Assembly (NCBI GenBank): GCA_025464625.1
Contig: JAOAUZ010000005.1
Span: 203-64,202, forward strand
Length of the DNA stretch: 64,000 bases
Source of the DNA: Rickettsiales bacterium
GTDB lineage: Bacteria > Pseudomonadota > Alphaproteobacteria > Rickettsiales > SXRF01
Reading direction: 5' to 3'
The stretch's first letter is position 1. The number at the start of each line of letters is the position of its first letter. Below the pieces are notes generated by a model. It did not search any database. It was given only the letters and a program-made list of their open reading frames with translations, and was not told the origin of the DNA. Below are positions 37,903 through 47,804 of this stretch, in pieces. Both the position numbers and the translations under genes were made by a program.

Positions 37903-38487
37903 TTATTCCTCTTTAATCTGTTCCGATAGATACTTATAGGCAGAGGTTATTTTTTTGAATTTTTCTTCGGATTCCTTATCACCTTTATTAGTATCGGGAT
38001 GGTGTTTTTTTACCAGTGTGCGATAGCGGGTTTTTAGCTGTTTAAGCGTATAAGGATAATCCAGTTCCATTATAGCTAGGGCATTGCGGGTTTTGGCAGG
38101 AATGCGTGGTTTTGGTGCAACTGGTTTCGAACCACTAATGAATTCATAGAGCTTGTCTTGCAATGTAAAATAATGATCGCGTAGGCGGCTTTCACGGCTC
38201 CATGTCGGGCGATGACCAGTGACTGAATCATGGATGAATGCCTCAATCTCTTCACTTTTCATGCCAGAGAAATAATCCCACTGTTTGTTATGTTCTTTGA
38301 TATGTTCCAAGCAGAACCAGCGATATTCATTTAGTTGTTCGCGTGATTTTGGTGCTTTATATGTGCCAGCTTCTGTGCAACCCCCAATATGGCATGGTTG
38401 TGCTTTTTCAGGGCTTATATGTGGCGCGAAGTCTTTTGGTTTTTTAGCGCGTGTTTTTTTCTCAGGCATGGCAAGGAAGCAACTCAA
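37903..38487 (-). CDS. DnaJ (J-domain) containing protein
   Basis: C-terminal J-domain 'LKTRYRTLVKKHHPDTNKGD..EEKFKKITSAYKYL'; N-terminal Cys/His-rich region. Confidence 0.8.
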   Translation of the reverse strand: MSCFLAMPEKKTRAKKPKDFAPHISPEKAQPCHIGGCTEAGTYKAPKSREQLNEYRWFCLEHIKEHNKQWDYFSGMKSEEIEAFIHDSVTGHRPTWSRESRLRDHYFTLQDKLYEFISGSKPVAPKPRIPAKTRNALAIMELDYPYTLKQLKTRYRTLVKKHHPDTNKGDKESEEKFKKITSAYKYLSEQIKEE

Positions 38488-38543
38488 AAATTAAGTTATT
38501 TTTTGACTTTACCTTACACCGCAAAAAAAACTAAGCTAAAAAT

Positions 38544-39242
38544 CTAAGCATCAACCAATTCTTTTTGAGATTTTTTGCTGGATTTCTTGCTCACTACAAC
38601 TTCTTCTTCCTCGACAGGATCGCTGACTAGTGCGGTGATTTCCTTAACCAAATCTTTGATTTCTTTGGCAGCCATGCTGGATGGGTCGACCTCTGTTGCG
38701 CAACGTCCTTCCATTAAAGCAGCAGCAAACAGCACTCGGTTTCCGAGTGATGATTCCGCCAGTTCAGGGAGTTCAGCAGCGATGGTTTGAGCAAGGCGGG
38801 AATTAGCAGCCACGCGGTTTAGCACCACACGCACTGGGATTTTTTCATTTTTTGCCAGTTCCAAAGTAGCTCTGGTTGCCCATAAATCCGTTGGGCTTGG
38901 CTGCACAGGAATTATGATTATATCTGCGCTGCGGATGGCAGTTCGTGCTTCGGTTTCGGTGTGTGGTGGGCTATCGATAATTACATAATCACATTGGCGA
39001 CGCAGGCGGTTAACTTCGCCACCAACCCGCCAGCCAGAAACAGCAGCGAAGGTAAGCCCAGTATAGCCTTCGCCGAAACGTTCTTCACGGATTTTGTGCC
39101 AATGGGTTAGGCTGCCCTGCGGGTCAATATCAATTACAGCAACACGGTTACCCTTCTGGCTGAGGGCAACAGCGATGTGCGCTGCTAAAGTTGTTTTTCC
39201 TGCACCACCTTTTTGTTGCGCTACCGTAATAACTTTTGACAT
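38544..39242 (-). CDS. ParA/MinD-like P-loop ATPase
   Basis: Deviant Walker A 'QQKGGAGKTTLAAHIA' and 'IIDSPP'. No parB is adjacent. Confidence 0.8.
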   Translation of the reverse strand: MSKVITVAQQKGGAGKTTLAAHIAVALSQKGNRVAVIDIDPQGSLTHWHKIREERFGEGYTGLTFAAVSGWRVGGEVNRLRRQCDYVIIDSPPHTETEARTAIRSADIIIIPVQPSPTDLWATRATLELAKNEKIPVRVVLNRVAANSRLAQTIAAELPELAESSLGNRVLFAAALMEGRCATEVDPSSMAAKEIKDLVKEITALVSDPVEEEEVVVSKKSSKKSQKELVDA

Positions 39243-39344
39243 ACTTACTCTCCCATTTGCTTTGTATTTTTTTAGATTGTAACTATTGTATTATGATGAA
39301 CTATAAACAAATTGCAGACGGATAACAACTATATTTAGTGTGAT

Positions 39345-40289
39345 ATGAAAAAAAATATACCAGATGATGAATTAGGGCGTGCGGTGGAGATTTTACAGTT
39401 GGGCGAGTTGGTGGCTTTTCCCACTGAAACTGTTTATGGACTGGGTGCGAACGCGCTTTCTGACTCGGCAGTAGCCAAGATTTATGCAGCAAAAAACCGC
39501 CCGACATTTAACCCGCTCATAGTGCATGTGTCATCAATTGATACAGCAAAAAAATATGTGCAGTGGAATGAGCGGGCGCAGATTCTAGCGGAGAATTTTT
39601 GGGCTGGGTCTTTGACCTTAGTTCTGCCGAGGAAAGAGAATTGCGAATTATCTTTATTGGTTAGTGCTGGGTTAGACTGTGTTGCTATTCGTGTTCCTGC
39701 GCACCCTGTTGCTCTTTCTTTGTTAGACAAAACAGGATTTCCATTGGCTGCGCCGAGCGCCAATAAATCTGGGCGTGTAAGCCCGACTCTTGCGCAGCAT
39801 GTCAGGGAAGAATTTGGTGATGATATTATGGTTCTGGATGGAGGAGCATGCGAGGTTGGGATTGAATCAACAATTGTGGATTTAACCACCACGCCAGCCA
39901 CCATCTTGCGCCATGGGAAAATAACTCGTGAAGAGATAGAAAAATTCATAAAAATAGGTGAATATAATTCAGGTGAGATTAAAGCATCAGGTATGCTAAA
40001 AAGCCATTACGCACCCGATGCAAAACTGCGTCTTAATGCAACAGAATTAAGGGAAGGTGAAGCATTGCTGGCATTTGGCAAGCCACTAATTGGTGCAATT
40101 TACACAGAAAATTTAAGTGCAACAGAAAATTTGGAAGAAGCTGCTGCCAATTTGTTTAAGATGCTGCGTGCGCTTGATGCTAAAAAACCAAAGTCAATAG
40201 CTGTTATGGAAATTCCAAATATAGGAATTGGTATCGCTATAAACGATCGCTTGCAGCGCGCTGCCGCCCCCAGAGAGTCTAAGAACTAG
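39345..40289 (+). CDS. L-threonylcarbamoyladenylate synthase (Sua5/YwlC type)
   Basis: 'GELVAFPTETVYGLGANA', 'IYAAKNRP..NPLIVHV', 'APSANKSGR.SPT'; 314 aa including the Sua5 C-terminal domain. Confidence 0.9.
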   Translation: MKKNIPDDELGRAVEILQLGELVAFPTETVYGLGANALSDSAVAKIYAAKNRPTFNPLIVHVSSIDTAKKYVQWNERAQILAENFWAGSLTLVLPRKENCELSLLVSAGLDCVAIRVPAHPVALSLLDKTGFPLAAPSANKSGRVSPTLAQHVREEFGDDIMVLDGGACEVGIESTIVDLTTTPATILRHGKITREEIEKFIKIGEYNSGEIKASGMLKSHYAPDAKLRLNATELREGEALLAFGKPLIGAIYTENLSATENLEEAAANLFKMLRALDAKKPKSIAVMEIPNIGIGIAINDRLQRAAAPRESKN

Positions 40290-40887
40290 TTCTTAGACCC
40301 GCTTTTCCAAGTTGAATTTTTTTATTGGGGATGCTTTCTAGCCAAGCTACCAGACGCGCTGTTTCATCAGATAAAATCTGTGACCTCTGGAAAGTTTTTG
40401 CCATTACAGTTGCACCCTGAATTCCAGCCATCAGCGATATGGCATATTTTTGTGCATCATCCTTATGTCCTAGCTGTTCAAACTGAGCTGCCGCCCATGC
40501 TACAAAATCAACAAAAATCGCAGCAGTTGCTTGGGCTATCTGGTCTTTTTCGAGGTCTGTGTCATTAATTATTTTTCCTATTGGGCAGCCATACATAGCG
40601 TAATCGTCACGAATTTTATTATAGTAATTGACAGCCTCAATTAGCCTTTCGCGTGGGTCAGCAATATTTTCCGAGAGCAGGGCATAAACAGAAATAAAAT
40701 GTTCTCTGCGTTTTTGGGTGGCTGCTAGGGCAAGATCGTCTTTGGTTTTAAAGTAGTAATAGACGTTTCCTATAGGAATTTCGGCATGTTTCGCGATGTC
40801 GGCAAGTGATGTTGCCATGAGTCCGTTGCGGTGGAACAGAGTCGCTGCCGAATCAATTAAGCGTTCTTTTTTATTTTGGGTGTTCAT
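40279..40887 (-). CDS. TetR/AcrR family transcriptional regulator
   Basis: HTH 'ATSLADIAKHAEIPIGNVYYYFKTKDDL'. Start moved to ATG 40887. The 3' end overlaps the convergent Sua5 gene by 11 nt. Confidence 0.85.
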   Translation of the reverse strand: MNTQNKKERLIDSAATLFHRNGLMATSLADIAKHAEIPIGNVYYYFKTKDDLALAATQKRREHFISVYALLSENIADPRERLIEAVNYYNKIRDDYAMYGCPIGKIINDTDLEKDQIAQATAAIFVDFVAWAAAQFEQLGHKDDAQKYAISLMAGIQGATVMAKTFQRSQILSDETARLVAWLESIPNKKIQLGKAGLRTSS

Positions 40888-41047
40888 AATGTTAGGAGTT
40901 CTATAATGTACAATGTAAATTATATTTAACGATTTTTTGTGGAGTTGCAAGCAGCTATTTTTAGAGAGTGAGGGTTTGCAGCGCATTTATCTGTTGCAAC
41001 CAGCGTTAAAGATTTGTAGTTTCCACTTCCTATTTCGATAGGGATAT

Positions 41048-41121
41048 TGGGGGATCTTCTAATGGTAGGAAAGCGGACTCTGACTCCGTCAATCTAGGTT
41101 CGAGTCCTAGTCCCCCAGCCA
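41048..41121 (+). tRNA. tRNA-Gln (anticodon CUG)
   Basis: Manual cloverleaf: acceptor tggggga/tccccca, D arm ttc-taatggtag-gaa, anticodon arm gcgga-ctCTGac-tccgt, T arm ctagg-ttcgagt-cctag, discriminator g, encoded CCA. 74 nt. Confidence 0.85.
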
Positions 41122-41157
41122 TTCATAAGAGGGCATAAAGCCCTCTTATGAATGGCT
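41117..41157 (+). other. 18-bp perfect hairpin that includes the tRNA 3' end (agccattcataagagggc-ataaa-gccctcttatgaatggct)
   Basis: Read directly from the sequence. No T-run follows, so it is not a canonical intrinsic terminator. Confidence 0.7.
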
Positions 41158-41175
41158 GGGTTATTAGTTTGTGAG

Positions 41176-41297
41176 AACCGTTAGGTTCGACAAAAATTCA
41201 GCAGAATTTTTGGAAATCGACCCCGCATTTATTGCGGGGGAGAGACCCGAAGGGCAAATGACCAGTAGGTCATTTGTCAGTCCTAGTCCCCTAACCA
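41176..41297 (+). pseudogene. duplicated 3' half of tRNA-Gln, split in the T-loop by an 87-nt three-hairpin insert
   Basis: 'aaccgttaggttcga' (41176-90) and 'agtcctagtcccctaacca' (41279-97) match tRNA 'ccgtcaatctaggttcga|gtcctagtcccccagcca'. The insert has perfect 9-, 6- and 9-bp stems. Confidence 0.5.
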
Positions 41298-41324
41298 GTA
41301 TAAAAGCTATATATCAATAACATC

Positions 41325-42944
41325 ATGCTCCGTCTTACTGAAATAAAACTCCCGCTTAATCACCAGCCCGAAGCTATTGTGGAGGCGGCTATTGCCCGTT
41401 TGGGGATTCCTGCACAGGAACTTATTTCCTGCACAATTTTTCGTCGAGGGCATGATGCCCGCAAAAAATCAGCTATTATGCTGGTTTATACGCTTGATGT
41501 TGAAGTGAAAAATGAGGCGATTATTCTTAAGCGTTTTGCAAAAGATAACCATGTTAATCCCACTCCAGATATGGAGTATAAATTTGTTGCCAAAGCGCCT
41601 AAAAATATCTCACAACGTCCGCTGATAATTGGTGCTGGACCATGTGGCCTGCTTGCCGCGTTGTTGCTGGCGCAGATGGGCTTTTGTCCAATTATATTGG
41701 AGCGTGGCAAGGTGGTGCGTGAGCGCACTAAAGACACATGGCGGTTATGGCGACAATCAATTTTGACCACTGAATCTAATGTGCAATATGGCGAGGGTGG
41801 AGCAGGGACATTTTCTGACGGTAAGCTTTACAGCCAGATAAAAGACCCACGCTATCTTGGACGCAAAGTGCTAACGGAGTTTGTGAAGGCTGAAGCACCG
41901 CCAGAAATTCTTACTGAAGCACATCCGCATATAGGAACATTTCGTTTGGTAAAAATGGTGGAAAATATCCGAAAGTCCATTGAAGAGCTTGGTGGTGAAT
42001 ATCGTTTTGAGTCGCGTGTTACCGATATTGACGTTGAAACATCCAGCGATGGTTCGCGCTGTGTGCGTGGAGTGGTGCTGGCAAGTGGCGAACGTATTGC
42101 TGCTGACCATGTGGTTCTTGCTATTGGGCATAGTTCGCGTGATACTTTTCAGATGTTGCATGATCGTGGTGTTTATATTGAGCCGAAGCCGTTTTCCATA
42201 GGCTTTCGTATAGAGCATCCGCAATCAATTATAGATGTGGCGCGTTTTGGCGGTGCTGCGGGCAATCCCATACTTGGTGCAGCTGATTATAAGCTGGTGC
42301 ATCATGCGAGTAACGGGCGTGATGTTTATAGTTTCTGTATGTGTCCGGGTGGAACTGTGGTTGCTGCCACTTCTGAGAAAAACCGAGTTGTTACTAATGG
42401 TATGAGCCAATATTCACGCGCGGAACGCAATGCCAATGCTGGCATTGTGGTTGGAATTACACCAGAAGTTGATTATCCTGATGGTGTGCTGGCTGGTGTT
42501 GATTTTCAGCGCAAATGGGAATCGGCAGCGTTTGTTGCAGGTGGCGGAACTTATGCAGCACCAGCCCAGCGTGTTGGTGATTTTATTGCAGGAAGAGCAT
42601 CTACTTCACTTGGCAGTGTTATCCCATCTTACAAACCAAACGTTAAGCCAACAGACCTTTCAACATGTCTGCCTGATTATGCAATCGCTGCGATTCGTGA
42701 AGCACTACCTGTTTTTGGCAAACAGATAAAAGGTTTTGATATGGAGGATGCGGTGCTGACTGGTGTGGAAACGCGTACATCTTCACCGATTAGAATCAAG
42801 CGCGATGAAACATTTCAGAGTATAAATACAAAAGGATTGTTTCCCGCAGGTGAGGGTGCTGGTTATGCTGGTGGAATTCTCTCGGCTGGTGTAGATGGTA
42901 TTAAAATTGCTGAGGCTGTGGCGAAAAATATGTTAGAGAAATAA
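41325..42944 (+). CDS. FAD-dependent oxidoreductase (COG2509-like)
   Basis: 'LIIGAGPCGLLAALLLAQMG' dinucleotide-binding motif and 'FPAGEGAGYAGGI' C-terminal motif; 539 aa. Confidence 0.8.
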   Translation: MLRLTEIKLPLNHQPEAIVEAAIARLGIPAQELISCTIFRRGHDARKKSAIMLVYTLDVEVKNEAIILKRFAKDNHVNPTPDMEYKFVAKAPKNISQRPLIIGAGPCGLLAALLLAQMGFCPIILERGKVVRERTKDTWRLWRQSILTTESNVQYGEGGAGTFSDGKLYSQIKDPRYLGRKVLTEFVKAEAPPEILTEAHPHIGTFRLVKMVENIRKSIEELGGEYRFESRVTDIDVETSSDGSRCVRGVVLASGERIAADHVVLAIGHSSRDTFQMLHDRGVYIEPKPFSIGFRIEHPQSIIDVARFGGAAGNPILGAADYKLVHHASNGRDVYSFCMCPGGTVVAATSEKNRVVTNGMSQYSRAERNANAGIVVGITPEVDYPDGVLAGVDFQRKWESAAFVAGGGTYAAPAQRVGDFIAGRASTSLGSVIPSYKPNVKPTDLSTCLPDYAIAAIREALPVFGKQIKGFDMEDAVLTGVETRTSSPIRIKRDETFQSINTKGLFPAGEGAGYAGGILSAGVDGIKIAEAVAKNMLEK

Positions 42945-42946
42945 CC

Positions 42947-43756
42947 ATGAAATTTTTTAGAAAATTATTTTTATTTTTTGTGTGCGGTTGCTTAACTGCG
43001 TGCCAAGCACCAAAGTCATATACTCCAGAATTATCATCAGAAGAAATTAAGGCAGAGCAAACTAGTCAACAGCGCATGGTTGATGAAATAAATGCTCGTG
43101 GTGGGCAGCCAAAAGCTTGGAAGAATCGCAAAAACATGCGTAAGCAATTTGAAACTGTTGGTGAACGTATTGAAAAAGCTGGCGCGGAAATATGCGTTGG
43201 GCTGCACTTGCAGAAGAATGGCTGTTATTATTATTTTAAGCTAGTGCGGGATGAAGAAATAAACTCTCTTGCTGACGGAAAAAATATAGTTATTTTTACT
43301 GGTATGATGCGTTTTGTTGAAAGTGATGATGAACTGGCGGTCGTGATGGCGCATGAATTTGCTCATAATTTAATGGGGCATGTCAGCGCGCAGAAAAACA
43401 ATGCAACTTTTGGCATGTTGGTTGGGTTAGCGGCTGATGCGATTGCTGATTCGCAAGGTCTAAACACGCATGGTGAACTGGGCAAGGCAGGAACAGAAAT
43501 AGCTGTTCTTACTTATGGGGTCGATTTCGAAAAAGAAGCGGATTATGTAGGAATTTATGTTATGGCGAAGGCGGGATATGATATAAATCAGGCAGCAAAA
43601 TTATGGAGGAGAATGTCGATAGAAGATCCTGAAGGAATTTATAATTCTGTTACCCATCCGTCAAATGCTGCGCGCTTTGTGGCATTGCAGAAAGCAGCTA
43701 AAGAAATTTATTATAAGCGCAAAAACCGCATACCGCTTTTACCAGATCTTAAGTAA
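42947..43756 (+). CDS. M48 family zinc metallopeptidase, lipoprotein
   Basis: Lipobox 'FFVCGC', HExxH 'MAHEFAHNLMGH'. Confidence 0.8.
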   Translation: MKFFRKLFLFFVCGCLTACQAPKSYTPELSSEEIKAEQTSQQRMVDEINARGGQPKAWKNRKNMRKQFETVGERIEKAGAEICVGLHLQKNGCYYYFKLVRDEEINSLADGKNIVIFTGMMRFVESDDELAVVMAHEFAHNLMGHVSAQKNNATFGMLVGLAADAIADSQGLNTHGELGKAGTEIAVLTYGVDFEKEADYVGIYVMAKAGYDINQAAKLWRRMSIEDPEGIYNSVTHPSNAARFVALQKAAKEIYYKRKNRIPLLPDLK

Positions 43757-43765
43757 TCTACGTTT

Positions 43766-43840
43766 TGTCATTTCGAGTGCAACGAGAAATCTTTGCTTTG
43801 TAAAAACTGAAAAGATACCTCGGCTACGCTCGGTATGACA
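43766..43840. repeat. GTCAT double-hairpin palindromic element, copy C (GAG..CGA-loop subtype)
   Basis: tgtc-atttcgag-tgcaa-cgagaaat-ctttgc ... aaaag-atacctcg-gctacg-ctcggtat-gaca. Lies 10 bp after the M48 stop and upstream of sdhB. Confidence 0.85.
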
Positions 43841-43925
43841 ATATCCTCTTTTAGTACTTGATTGGTAGGGGAAAATTGCTACTATCCGCATCATAATTAA
43901 ACCAGCAAAATTATAGGATTTTTTT

Positions 43926-44726
43926 ATGGCTGAACTCAGGCTTCCTGCAAATTCTAAGGTTAGAAAAGGCAATACACATAAGGTGTCGGAGGCAGCGAAG
44001 CGTGTCAAGAAATTCAATATCTACCGCTTTAACCCTGAAGATGTGGATGATAAAGGCACACCGAAAAACCCGCGCTTAGACAGCTACGAATTGGATATGG
44101 ATAATTGCGCGCCGATGGTTTTGGATGCGCTGATAAAAATCAAAGATGAGGTTGATTCTACCCTTACTTTCCGCCGTTCCTGCCGTGAGGGGATTTGTGG
44201 TAGCTGTGCTATGAATATTGACGGCACAAACACGCTCGCCTGCATCAAGCCGATTGATGAGGTGAAGGGGGATGTGAATATTTATCCACTGCCACACATG
44301 TCGGTTATTAAAGATTTAGTTCCTGACATGACACATTTTTACGCGCAGTATGAATCGATAAAACCTTGGCTGCAAACTAGCACTCCACAACCTGCCAATC
44401 GTGAACGTCTGCAATCGCCAGAAGATAGGGCAAAGCTGGATGGGCTTTATGAATGTATATTGTGCGCTTGTTGTTCGACCTCCTGCCCAAGCTATTGGTG
44501 GAATTCGGATCGCTATCTTGGGCCTGCAATTTTGCTGCATGCTTATCGCTGGATTATTGACAGTCGCGATGAATTTACAGGCGAGCGTTTGGATGAAGTT
44601 GAAGATCCATTCAAGCTCTATCGTTGCCACACGATTATGAACTGCGCGAAAACCTGCCCTAAGGGTCTTAACCCAGCCAAAGCGATCGCTGAAATTAAAA
44701 AAATGCTGGTGGAGCGGGTGGTATAG
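43926..44726 (+). CDS. sdhB: succinate dehydrogenase iron-sulfur subunit
   Basis: '[19 protein letters not shown]', '[17 protein letters not shown]', '[17 protein letters not shown]'. Confidence 0.96.
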   Translation: MAELRLPANSKVRKGNTHKVSEAAKRVKKFNIYRFNPEDVDDKGTPKNPRLDSYELDMDNCAPMVLDALIKIKDEVDSTLTFRRSCREGICGSCAMNIDGTNTLACIKPIDEVKGDVNIYPLPHMSVIKDLVPDMTHFYAQYESIKPWLQTSTPQPANRERLQSPEDRAKLDGLYECILCACCSTSCPSYWWNSDRYLGPAILLHAYRWIIDSRDEFTGERLDEVEDPFKLYRCHTIMNCAKTCPKGLNPAKAIAEIKKMLVERVV

Positions 44727-44735
44727 TCCGGTTTC

Positions 44736-45698
44736 ATGGCAGTTTACACACAACTCTCTGAATCTGATATTAAAGGCTTGCTCGCCCAATATGATATAGG
44801 AGAGTTAATATCTTTTGAACCTATAGCTGAAGGCGTGACCAACACTAATTATTTGGTCGTGACCAGCCAAAATAAATTTATCCTCACCTTGTTTGAAAAA
44901 CATTTTGAACTTTCTGAGCTTCCCTATTTCACGGCGCTTATGGAGTGGTGGCACGCACGGGGAATTTCCTGCCCACAGCCAATAGCGGGTAAAAACGGAC
45001 GGACGCTGTGCGCGCTTAAGGAAAAGCCAGCACTTATAGTTAGTTTTCTTGATGGTAGCGGAGTTAAAAATATTTTGCCAGAGCATCTGTTGCAGTTGGG
45101 AGAAATGGTGGCGCGGATGCATATTGCAGGCATTGATTTCCCACATGTTAGAGAAAATAAGTTGTCGGTGAAGGGTTGGGAAGCGATAATTGACGAGATA
45201 ATTGAGCGCGCAGATGAAATAGAGCTAGGGCTTAAAAAACTTATCTCTGAGGAATATAATTATTTGAGTGAGAATTGGCCGAGTGACCTTCCACACGGGG
45301 CTATTCATGCGGATTTATTTCCTGATAACGTGTTTTTTAATAAGCCATTTGGTGGTAAACCTGTGCTTTCTGGGGTGATAGATTTTTATTTTTCGTGCAA
45401 TGATTTCTGGGCGTATGATTTAGCTATTATAATAAATGCATGGTGCTTTGATGAGCGTCATAGGTTGGTGAAAGAACGTGTGCAGGCGCTGCTTGCTGGA
45501 TATAATGATATTCGTCCGATAAGCCCAGAGGAAGATGCAGCATTTGCATTGCTTTTGCGTGGTGCTGCGATGCGCTTTTTGCTTACGCGCAGCTATGATT
45601 GGCTGAATCGAGTGGAAGGTGCGCTGGTGAACGTGAAAGACCCGCTGGAGTATGCGCAGAAGTTAAAATTCTGGCAGGGTGGTGGTTGGAAACCATGA
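44736..45698 (+). CDS. thrB: homoserine kinase (ThrB, APH-fold alphaproteobacterial type)
   Basis: '[19 protein letters not shown].....I.EG..N.NY', '[13 protein letters not shown]'; 320 aa. Confidence 0.82.
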   Translation: MAVYTQLSESDIKGLLAQYDIGELISFEPIAEGVTNTNYLVVTSQNKFILTLFEKHFELSELPYFTALMEWWHARGISCPQPIAGKNGRTLCALKEKPALIVSFLDGSGVKNILPEHLLQLGEMVARMHIAGIDFPHVRENKLSVKGWEAIIDEIIERADEIELGLKKLISEEYNYLSENWPSDLPHGAIHADLFPDNVFFNKPFGGKPVLSGVIDFYFSCNDFWAYDLAIIINAWCFDERHRLVKERVQALLAGYNDIRPISPEEDAAFALLLRGAAMRFLLTRSYDWLNRVEGALVNVKDPLEYAQKLKFWQGGGWKP

Positions 45699-46126
45699 CT
45701 AAAAAACATGTAAAAATATATACAGATGGTGCTTGTTCTGGAAACCCTGGGCCGGGGGGGTGGGGTGCGATTCTGGTTTATGGTGATAAGGAAAAAGAGA
45801 TTTCTGGTGGTGAAGATGAAACCACCAATAACCGCATGGAGCTTATGGCAGCGATTGTTGCGTTGGAACAACTTAAAACATCGTGTGTTGTTGATTTATA
45901 TAGCGACAGCAGCTATGTGCTGAAAGGCATCAGCGAATGGCTGCCAGCTTGGAAAGCGCGCGGCTGGAAAACTGCCGATAAAAAGCCTGTAAAAAATGTT
46001 GAATATTGGCAAAGGCTAGAGCAAGCAGCAAGCAAGCATGATGTGAAATGGCACTGGGTGAAGGGTCATAACGGGCATGAGATGAACGAAAGAGCAGATG
46101 CGTTGGCTCGTTCGGCTATATCATAA
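45695..46126 (+). CDS. rnhA: ribonuclease HI
   Basis: '[22 protein letters not shown]', '[10 protein letters not shown]', 'W.WVKGH.GH..NE.AD.LA'. The ATG overlaps the thrB stop (ATGA). Confidence 0.94.
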   Translation: MTKKHVKIYTDGACSGNPGPGGWGAILVYGDKEKEISGGEDETTNNRMELMAAIVALEQLKTSCVVDLYSDSSYVLKGISEWLPAWKARGWKTADKKPVKNVEYWQRLEQAASKHDVKWHWVKGHNGHEMNERADALARSAIS

Positions 46127-46888
46127 CCCAATAACATCGCGCATTGAATACATGCCAGCTTTTTTATCCTGCGCCCAGAGGGCAGCGGTGATTGCGCCAG
46201 TTGCAAAAATAGTGCGCGAAAATCCTTGATGGGATAGGGTGATAAGCTCGTTGCCACCAGCGAACATAACATTGTGAACTCCAACCACATCACCACCGCG
46301 AGCTACGGAAAAACCAATATCACCAACTTTGCGTTCGCCACCGCGATCTATTACTTTTTTGTTGTCCAGAGAAACACCGCGCCCTTTGGCAGCAGCGCGA
46401 CCGAGCATTAATGCTGTGCCAGATGGCGCATCTTTTTTGTGTCTATGGTGCATTTCGCTGATTTCAATATCATATTGTTCACCCAGCAATTTTGCAGTGC
46501 GCTCTACCAGTGATTCCAATATATTCACCCCTAGGCTAAAATTTCCCGATTGCACGATGCGGGCAGTGGCTGCACATTCATTTAGTTTTTTCTGTTGTCC
46601 ATCAGAAAATCCTGTAGTTCCGATAACCAAAATACCGCCAGTCTTGGCAATTTCGCGGGCAAGGGCGAGGGTGGCTTCGGGTGTAGTAAAATCAATAACA
46701 GCATCGGCTTTTTGCGCTAAAACAGCAGGGTCAGAAGTGACAAATAAACCAGCAGCGTGTTGCTTTGCTACGTTGCGAACACTGCCAGCAACTATTTTTA
46801 CATCTTTATTTCCATGTGCGCTGGCGATTAATGCCTGTCCCATGCGACCAGTGCAGCCAGCGATGGCAAGCGTCAGTTGATTAGTCAT
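46121..46888 (-). CDS. dapB: 4-hydroxy-tetrahydrodipicolinate reductase
   Basis: '[11 protein letters not shown]', '[15 protein letters not shown]'; 255 aa. Confidence 0.93.
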   Translation of the reverse strand: MTNQLTLAIAGCTGRMGQALIASAHGNKDVKIVAGSVRNVAKQHAAGLFVTSDPAVLAQKADAVIDFTTPEATLALAREIAKTGGILVIGTTGFSDGQQKKLNECAATARIVQSGNFSLGVNILESLVERTAKLLGEQYDIEISEMHHRHKKDAPSGTALMLGRAAAKGRGVSLDNKKVIDRGGERKVGDIGFSVARGGDVVGVHNVMFAGGNELITLSHQGFSRTIFATGAITAALWAQDKKAGMYSMRDVIGL

Positions 46889-46983
46889 AATTGAATTTTC
46901 CTATATTGAAACGAACCAGCATTATAGGTTTGAGCATCAGTAATGACAAGGCAATTTGCTTGTTTTCTTGCCAAAAACGAATT

Positions 46984-46999
46984 TGGCACAATTTATGCT
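46984..46999 (+). promoter_or_regulatory. sigma54 (-24/-12) promoter candidate for flgFGAH
   Basis: TGGCACaatttaTGCT has GG and GC at the canonical 12-nt register, 42 nt upstream of the flgF ATG (47041). Confidence 0.5.
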
Positions 47000-47040
47000 T
47001 ACTCTTTAGGCGAAGATAATTTCATTTGAAGGTTTTTGGT

Positions 47041-47772
47041 ATGGATAATAGCGTTTATATTACTTTATCACGGCAGTTGGCACTATTTCGTGACATGGAT
47101 GTGACGGCGAATAATATCGCTAACACCAATACCACGGGCTACGCCTCTGAACATATATTATTCAATTCTTATATGACCAAAGATGTGAACCAAAAAGTTC
47201 GCAATGATATGGCGTTTGCTTACGACATATCTAGCTATCACAATTTGGAGAATGGCCCGATTAAAGCGACTGGAAATCCACTCGATTTGGCTATTGCCAG
47301 CGATGGGTTTTTCTCGGTTGAAACACCGCTTGGAGTGCGCTACACGCGGGCTGGGAATTTCCAGCTTGACGGCTCTGGAACTCTGGTTACGGCTGATGGT
47401 AACCCTGTACTTAGTGACAGCGGCCAACATATTACATTTGCCGATGATGCCAGAGATATAAAAATTGGTGCGGCGGGAAATATATCAGTAAATGGCGAAG
47501 AATTTGCGAATATTGGTGTTTTTAATTTTGCCAATCCGCAACTATTGGAACGCCTCGATGGTTCGATGTTCAGAAGTGAAATAACGCCAGATGCTTCGAC
47601 TGATGCGAAGGTAATGCAGGGTGCGCTTGCGGGGGCGAATGTGAAGCCGATTTTGGAGCTGACACACATGATTGATGTATCGCGTTCGGTGGCGAATACC
47701 GCGAAGATGATTGAAACAATGTATGATTTACAGAGAAAATCCGCCAATACATGGGCGCAGCAGGCAAGCTAA
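47041..47772 (+). CDS. flgF: flagellar basal-body rod protein FlgF
   Basis: 'MDNSVYITLSRQ..L...MDV.ANNIAN.NT.GY' N-terminus and rod-family C-terminus. Confidence 0.88.
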   Translation: MDNSVYITLSRQLALFRDMDVTANNIANTNTTGYASEHILFNSYMTKDVNQKVRNDMAFAYDISSYHNLENGPIKATGNPLDLAIASDGFFSVETPLGVRYTRAGNFQLDGSGTLVTADGNPVLSDSGQHITFADDARDIKIGAAGNISVNGEEFANIGVFNFANPQLLERLDGSMFRSEITPDASTDAKVMQGALAGANVKPILELTHMIDVSRSVANTAKMIETMYDLQRKSANTWAQQAS

Positions 47773-47804
47773 TTAAATTTTGATAGTGCATAGGAGATAA
47801 AACA

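Noticed and set aside
41160-41300. Possible two-piece (permuted) alphaproteobacterial tmRNA, because of the GGTTCGA T-loop-like sequence and ..ACCA-like end.
   Set aside because: No tag-peptide reading frame (..AA stop) or resume-codon context is visible nearby, and the segment is far too short. The similarity is better explained as a duplicate of the adjacent tRNA-Gln 3' half.
43739-44017. 92-aa minus-strand ORF upstream of sdhB.
   Set aside because: It reads through GTCAT element C ('..CHTERSRGIF..') and overlaps the sdhB start; it is a repeat-derived frame, not a gene.
46329-46880. 183-aa ORF antisense to dapB. Similar long antisense ORFs occur at 677..1210, 1500..1898, 14206..14544, 16326..16880, 17781..18233, 39482..39949, 47340..47747 and 53638..54105.
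   Set aside because: Each lies entirely inside a confidently identified gene on the other strand. They have low-complexity or Ser/Arg/Ala-rich composition typical of antisense frames, and no motif is recognisable.
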